The position numbers and the translations under genes were made by a program. A stretch of 64,000 nucleotides of DNA from Commensalibacter communis (lineage in GTDB: Bacteria > Pseudomonadota > Alphaproteobacteria > Acetobacterales > Acetobacteraceae). Below, piece by piece: positions 59,678 through 64,000 of the stretch. The DNA lies in NCBI RefSeq assembly GCF_947179015.1, contig NZ_CAMXCM010000001.1, positions 233,387 to 297,386 of the forward strand. Reading direction: 5' to 3'. Under the pieces are notes generated by a model. The model made no database searches and was not told the DNA's origin. It saw only the letters and a list, made by a program, of their open reading frames with translations. Each line of letters begins with the position of its first letter. The first letter of the stretch is position 1.

Positions 59678-60385
59678 TTACTTTATTTTCAATAAAGGTG
59701 CGACTGTCATAACATCCTTATCTAAATATACTTGCGCAGCTTTCATACTGAAATCATTGTCAATTTCTTCTGCTGTCATATAATATCCATCAATAGCCAT
59801 CAGTTCTGCTTCGAGTTGATAAGCAAAAATCCTGGCCTTAGGTTGCCCACTGATGCCTGCTATGGCTCTACCACGCAAAGCGCCATAGACATGAATGGAT
59901 CCCCCTGCAACGATTTCAGTACCAGAAGCGACAGAGTTGGTGATGATAACATCCCCTTCTGGGAAGAGAACACTTTGTCCAGAGCGAACTTGTTCATCAA
60001 TAATCAAACAGGGAAGAGCTACATTGGCTGTCTGTGGGTTTGCTGGCATATCGAGATTATCGATATTTTTTCCATTGCCAAAAATAAAGGTTTTTGGCCA
60101 GTTTTTTAACTTTTCCCATGTTAAGGAACCACCCTCAACACTAATAATCTGTATATTTCTTTGTGACAAAGCCAAATGTAAATTTTCCAGCCCTTCTTCT
60201 TGTCCAGAGAGAAGTTCAAGATTTAAAATTACGGGCTTTCCTAAAAAAAAGAACGAAGAGCGTTCTAGTTGTTTATCCAAGCTGGCAAGCCAACTTGGTA
60301 AAGGCGCTTCTGGTGAGAGAACCAAAGATAAAAAGGATCGCCCTCTAATGCGTATTTGAGGAAGAGATGGGGAAGTGTCTGGCAC
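59678..60385 (-). CDS. minC: Septum-site-determining protein MinC
   Basis: 235 aa, first gene of the minCDE operon. The C-terminal beta-helix region has repeated G-rich turns (IITNSVASGTEIVAGGSIHVYGALRGRAIAG). Confidence 0.8.
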   Translation of the reverse strand: MPDTSPSLPQIRIRGRSFLSLVLSPEAPLPSWLASLDKQLERSSFFFLGKPVILNLELLSGQEEGLENLHLALSQRNIQIISVEGGSLTWEKLKNWPKTFIFGNGKNIDNLDMPANPQTANVALPCLIIDEQVRSGQSVLFPEGDVIITNSVASGTEIVAGGSIHVYGALRGRAIAGISGQPKARIFAYQLEAELMAIDGYYMTAEEIDNDFSMKAAQVYLDKDVMTVAPLLKIK

Positions 60386-60687
60386 GAATAATAATTCCTA
60401 TTATACAAGCAGAAAAAGAGATAAAATTAACTTATAATATTTTTATAATAGATAAAAATTAAAATTAATCTTTATATTCATTTTATATTTTTTTGTCACT
60501 TAATTATCTATAAATTTGTTAATTACAAGGAAATAGTGCTTTTAAGGCAAGGATATTTGACAAGTTTCAAGCTGTTGGAAATATTTTATTGGATTACTTG
60601 AAGTAATGGTGATAGAAGAATTAAATTTCAGAGTAAAATTCTATATTTCTGTATGTTCATGATATTTTAGAAAAATGGCTAAGTTAT

Positions 60688-61356
60688 ATGCGTATCTTAT
60701 ATCATCTACCTCTTTGCCCTTTTAGTCGTAAAATCCGTCTGATTATGGCGGAAAAGCGCTTGTCTTTTGAACTCATGACAGAGATGGTTTGGAAAAGAAG
60801 ACCAGAATTCATTGCAATCAATCCAGCTGGCATGGTGCCTGTTCTGGTTGAAGAAACAGGTCTGACCATTCCTGATTCTTATGCGATTTGTGAATACTTA
60901 GAAGAGGCCTATCCCGATACTTCATTAATGGGTCGTACGCTTGCTGAACGTGTTGAAGTTCGTCGTTTGACGGCTTGGTTTGATTGTAAATTCAATCGTG
61001 AAGTGACCCATAATCTCTTATACGAAAAAACATTTAAACGTTTTTTTGGAAATAATAATCCTAATGCTCAGGCATTGAGGGAAGGGTATGAAAATATCAA
61101 ATTCCATCTGAATTATATTGCTTTACTGACTGAAAATAGAGTGTGGTTGGCAGGTAGTAATTTATCTATGGCTGATTTTGCTGCTGCGGCACATTTATCG
61201 GCACTGGATTATATTGGTGATGTGAATTGGGAAAAAAATCCTGCGGTAAAAGATTGGTATGCACGGATTAAATCCCGCCCAAGTTTCAGAGCATTATTGA
61301 ATGATCGTGTCAGTGGTGTTGTCCCTCCTAAACATTATGCTGATTTAGATTTCTAA
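60688..61356 (+). CDS. Glutathione S-transferase
   Basis: N-terminal thioredoxin-like domain (MRILYHLPLCPFSRKIRL, VPVLV) plus an alpha-helical C-domain. 222 aa. Confidence 0.8.
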   Translation: MRILYHLPLCPFSRKIRLIMAEKRLSFELMTEMVWKRRPEFIAINPAGMVPVLVEETGLTIPDSYAICEYLEEAYPDTSLMGRTLAERVEVRRLTAWFDCKFNREVTHNLLYEKTFKRFFGNNNPNAQALREGYENIKFHLNYIALLTENRVWLAGSNLSMADFAAAAHLSALDYIGDVNWEKNPAVKDWYARIKSRPSFRALLNDRVSGVVPPKHYADLDF

Positions 61357-61361
61357 GTGTT

Positions 61362-62540
61362 TTGGATCAAAGTATGACGTTTGATAAACCTGTTATTTTA
61401 CAAGTTTTACCTGCATTAAACACAGGTGGGGTCGAACGTGGCACTGTTGAAATGGCACAAGCAATTTTAAATGCTGGTGGTGTTGCACTTGTTGCAAGTG
61501 CAGATGGAGTTTGGAAACAATCATTAGAACGGATGGGTGCAATCCATATTCAATTGCCTTTGAATTCAAAGAACCCTTTGGTGATTTGGAAAAATCAATT
61601 CGCTCTAAAAAAAATTATCAAAAAATATAATGTTGACATAGTTCATGTCAGGTCGCGAGCACCTGCATGGTCAGCTTGGCTGGCTGTAAAAAACACAAAG
61701 GTACATTTGATAACGACTTGGCATGGTGTTTTTAGCGAAAATTGGCGTGGTAAGCGTTGGTATAATCAAGTAATGACAAGGGGCGAACGAGTAATTGCGA
61801 TCAGCTATTATATCGCAGAGCGACTGAAAAAACATTATGGGGTATCAGAACAAATGTTGAGAATCATTCCTCGTGGTGTTGACTTGAATACTTTTGATCC
61901 AGAGCTTTCTTTTGGCGATAGAGTGACAGATCTTGCTGAGAAATGGCAGATTCCAGCAACGAAAAAAATTATTTTATTACCTGGGCGTTTAACGGCTTGG
62001 AAAGGGCAAGAGTTGCTTGTGCGTGCTATGGCAATGATAAAACGACATCACGAAGATTGGATTTGTGTTTTTGTCGGACCATCAAAACATAACGACCAGT
62101 TTATAAAACGACTATTATTGCTAGCAGACCAATTACAGGTTCGTGAACAATTATATTTCGTAGGAAATTGTCAGGATATGCCAGCAGCATTTATGTTAGC
62201 GAACATTGTTGTGGTCCCTTCATTAAAACCAGAGCCTTTTGGTCGAGTAGTGATAGAAGCGCAAGCGATGGAAAAGCCAGTTATTGTTGCTAATCATGGT
62301 GGTGCGGCTGAAACCGTGATAGATAAAAAAACAGGATATGTTTTTGAGCCTGGTAATGTAAAGGCTTTGGCTGAACTGTTACAAGAGTTAGTCGAATCCT
62401 CAGATGAAGACTTACATTGGACGGGTCGTTTAGCCAGAGAGGATGCCCAAGCTCATTATGCCCTCACACAGATGCAAGCTGCGACATTGAACGTATATAA
62501 TGAGGTTCTGCCTCAAACTAAACAATTAAGAGTATCATGA
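61362..62540 (+). CDS. Family GT4/GT1-type glycosyltransferase (LPS core or cell-surface glycan)
   Basis: GT-B C-terminal motif region EPFGRVVIEAQAMEKPVIVANHGGAAETV (E-x7-E). Immediately upstream of a heptosyltransferase. Confidence 0.75.
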   Translation: MDQSMTFDKPVILQVLPALNTGGVERGTVEMAQAILNAGGVALVASADGVWKQSLERMGAIHIQLPLNSKNPLVIWKNQFALKKIIKKYNVDIVHVRSRAPAWSAWLAVKNTKVHLITTWHGVFSENWRGKRWYNQVMTRGERVIAISYYIAERLKKHYGVSEQMLRIIPRGVDLNTFDPELSFGDRVTDLAEKWQIPATKKIILLPGRLTAWKGQELLVRAMAMIKRHHEDWICVFVGPSKHNDQFIKRLLLLADQLQVREQLYFVGNCQDMPAAFMLANIVVVPSLKPEPFGRVVIEAQAMEKPVIVANHGGAAETVIDKKTGYVFEPGNVKALAELLQELVESSDEDLHWTGRLAREDAQAHYALTQMQAATLNVYNEVLPQTKQLRVS

Positions 62541-63448
62541 CTAAGCCCTTGAAGATTTTAGTTATTCGGTTGGGGGCTTTAGGGGATTTCATACAGAGTT
62601 TTTATCCTTTTGCTGCTATTCGTCAACATCATGCACAAGATAATATTACCTTAATGACAACAGCACCCTTTGTAGAATTGGCACAGCATAGTCCTTGGTT
62701 TGATCGTGTTATCGTGGATGATAAACCTCACTTGTTTAATTTCGTCGGAAGATTAAAGTTAAAACAAAAGTTACAGGGTTATGATTTTGTATATGATTTG
62801 CAAACTTCTGGGCGTTCAAGTCGGTATTTTAAATGGGCAGGTAGGCCTCAATGGTCTGGCATAGCTGATGGAGCTTCTCATCCTCATAATAACCCTCATC
62901 GCAATCAAATGCACACGATTGATCGACAACAAGACCAGTTAGAAAAGGCAGGAATCACTCTTTTTCCATCTCCTGATCTATCCTGGCTATTGTCAGAGTC
63001 TATTAAAATACCTAGTCCTTATGTTGTCTTGATACCTGGGTGTTCTTTGAAACGTCCTGAAAAAAGATGGCCTATTAAATATTACGGTAAGATTGCACAT
63101 TATTTAATGGAACAAGGGTTTCAGCCTGTGATTGTTGGTGGGCAATCAGAGGAAAATATGGTTGCTGTTATAAAAGAGTATTGTCCTCAAATAATTAGTT
63201 TAATTGGACAAACAAGTTTGTTACAATTAGGGGGCGTCATCAAGCATGCAGAATTTGCGTTGGGAAACGATACGGGCCCAATGCATCTAGCAGCAATGGT
63301 GGGCTGTCCAAGTGTGGTTTTATTCTCATCAGGTAGCGATCCGTTGTTAACGGCACCTCGTGGGGATGATGTAAAAATAATATATCAGGAAAATTTAAAA
63401 GATCTTTCTGTAAAAAGGGTTGCACAAGAACTGAAGTGGGTTCATTAG
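62537..63448 (+). CDS. ADP-heptose:LPS heptosyltransferase (GT9 family)
   Basis: MTKPLKILVIRLGALGDFIQS N-terminus and C-terminal GNDTGPMHLAAMVGCPSVVLF motif, both typical of RfaF/RfaC/RfaQ-type heptosyltransferases. Confidence 0.75.
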   Translation: MTKPLKILVIRLGALGDFIQSFYPFAAIRQHHAQDNITLMTTAPFVELAQHSPWFDRVIVDDKPHLFNFVGRLKLKQKLQGYDFVYDLQTSGRSSRYFKWAGRPQWSGIADGASHPHNNPHRNQMHTIDRQQDQLEKAGITLFPSPDLSWLLSESIKIPSPYVVLIPGCSLKRPEKRWPIKYYGKIAHYLMEQGFQPVIVGGQSEENMVAVIKEYCPQIISLIGQTSLLQLGGVIKHAEFALGNDTGPMHLAAMVGCPSVVLFSSGSDPLLTAPRGDDVKIIYQENLKDLSVKRVAQELKWVH

Positions 63449-63497
63449 TTTTTGTGATTTTGATAAAATTTGATTTAATTGTTCTGGAGATTTGATT

Positions 63498-64000
63498 ATG
63501 CTTTCTATTACTTTGCCTGATGGTTCCATTCGACAATATGAGGGAACGGTAACAGGCTTAACGATTGCACAATCGATTGGGGCAGGGTTGGCAAAAGCAG
63601 CTTTGGCAATGGAAGTTGATGGCAAACTGGTTGATTTGTCTTTGGAAATCACAGAGGATTCATCGATTAAGTTCGTAACCAGAAAAGACGAAGCAGCTCT
63701 GGAATTAATTCGTCACGATGCTGCCCATATTTTGGCTCAGGCTGTTCAAGAGCTTTTTCCTGGAACACAAGTAACAATTGGCCCAGCTATTGAGAATGGC
63801 TTTTACTATGATTTTGCCCGTGAAGAGCCTTTTAAACCAGAAGATTTAGAAAATATTGAGCGTCGTATGCATGAAATTGTGACGCGCAACGAGGCTTTTA
63901 TTCGTCAAGTCATGCCACGAGATGAAGCAATTCAGTATTTTGAAAAAATTGGTGAACATTATAAAGCTGAACTGATTCGTGATTTACCTGAAACAGAAAC
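63498..64000 (+). CDS. thrS: Threonine--tRNA ligase, N-terminal (TGS domain) part; 3' end outside window
   Basis: Own translation from ATG 63498: MLSITLPDGSIRQYEGTVTGLTIAQSIGAGLAKAALAMEVDGKLVDLS...HDAAHILAQAV...GPAIENGFYYDF, the ThrS N-terminus. Not in the ORF track because no stop falls in the window. Confidence 0.85.
   Translation, partial: MLSITLPDGSIRQYEGTVTGLTIAQSIGAGLAKAALAMEVDGKLVDLSLEITEDSSIKFVTRKDEAALELIRHDAAHILAQAVQELFPGTQVTIGPAIENGFYYDFAREEPFKPEDLENIERRMHEIVTRNEAFIRQVMPRDEAIQYFEKIGEHYKAELIRDLPETE

Noticed and set aside
59895-60359. 154-aa plus-strand ORF inside minC (and 59732-60109)
   Set aside because: It is antisense to minC, which is well supported as the first gene of minCDE. 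No independent evidence for it.
1-64000. Searched by eye for CRISPR arrays, IS elements, transposase or integrase genes and rRNA genes
   Set aside because: No regularly spaced direct repeats, no DDE or tyrosine-recombinase-like ORFs, and no rRNA-like conserved stretches were seen. The only RNA gene found is the single tRNA.

Overview
This 64 kb window looks like chromosomal DNA from a low-GC, alphaproteobacterium-like genome. The gene arrangement points that way: greA-carB-carA, dnaG-rpoD, rpsF-rpsR-rplI, lptF-lptG-lptD-surA-rsmA, pepA-holC, ftsEX, hslVU, minCDE, LPS glycosyltransferases and thrS. A thiamine-dependent pyruvate/indolepyruvate decarboxylase plus the base composition suggest an Acetobacteraceae-like host-associated organism, but that is inference only. 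Most of the window is core housekeeping. Accessory or unusual pockets stand out against it:

- **36.45-43.25 kb:** a six-gene operon encoding a degenerate complex-I / group-4-hydrogenase-like membrane complex (Ehr-like). Its NuoC-NuoD-type large subunit lacks both NiFe cysteine motifs, while its NuoB/HycG-type small subunit keeps all four Fe-S cysteines.
- **26.6-34.4 kb:** a 7.7 kb insertion that splits the normally divergent lptFG / pepA-holC pair. It carries a tRNA-adjacent islet with an SPFH (band-7) protein preceded by tandem ~65-aa repeats of unknown type, plus an unassigned secreted protein.
- **carA:** a Cro/YdaS-like HTH peptide is fused in frame to the N-terminus.
- **Aromatic-acid metabolism:** phenolic acid decarboxylase (padC) lies next to a chorismate-lyase-like gene.
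- **51.2-54.2 kb:** an atypical two-component locus with a hybrid kinase whose N-terminal receiver appears to carry Asn at the phospho-acceptor position, an AT-rich orphan ORF, and a single-domain response regulator.

No CRISPR arrays, transposases or integrases were seen.
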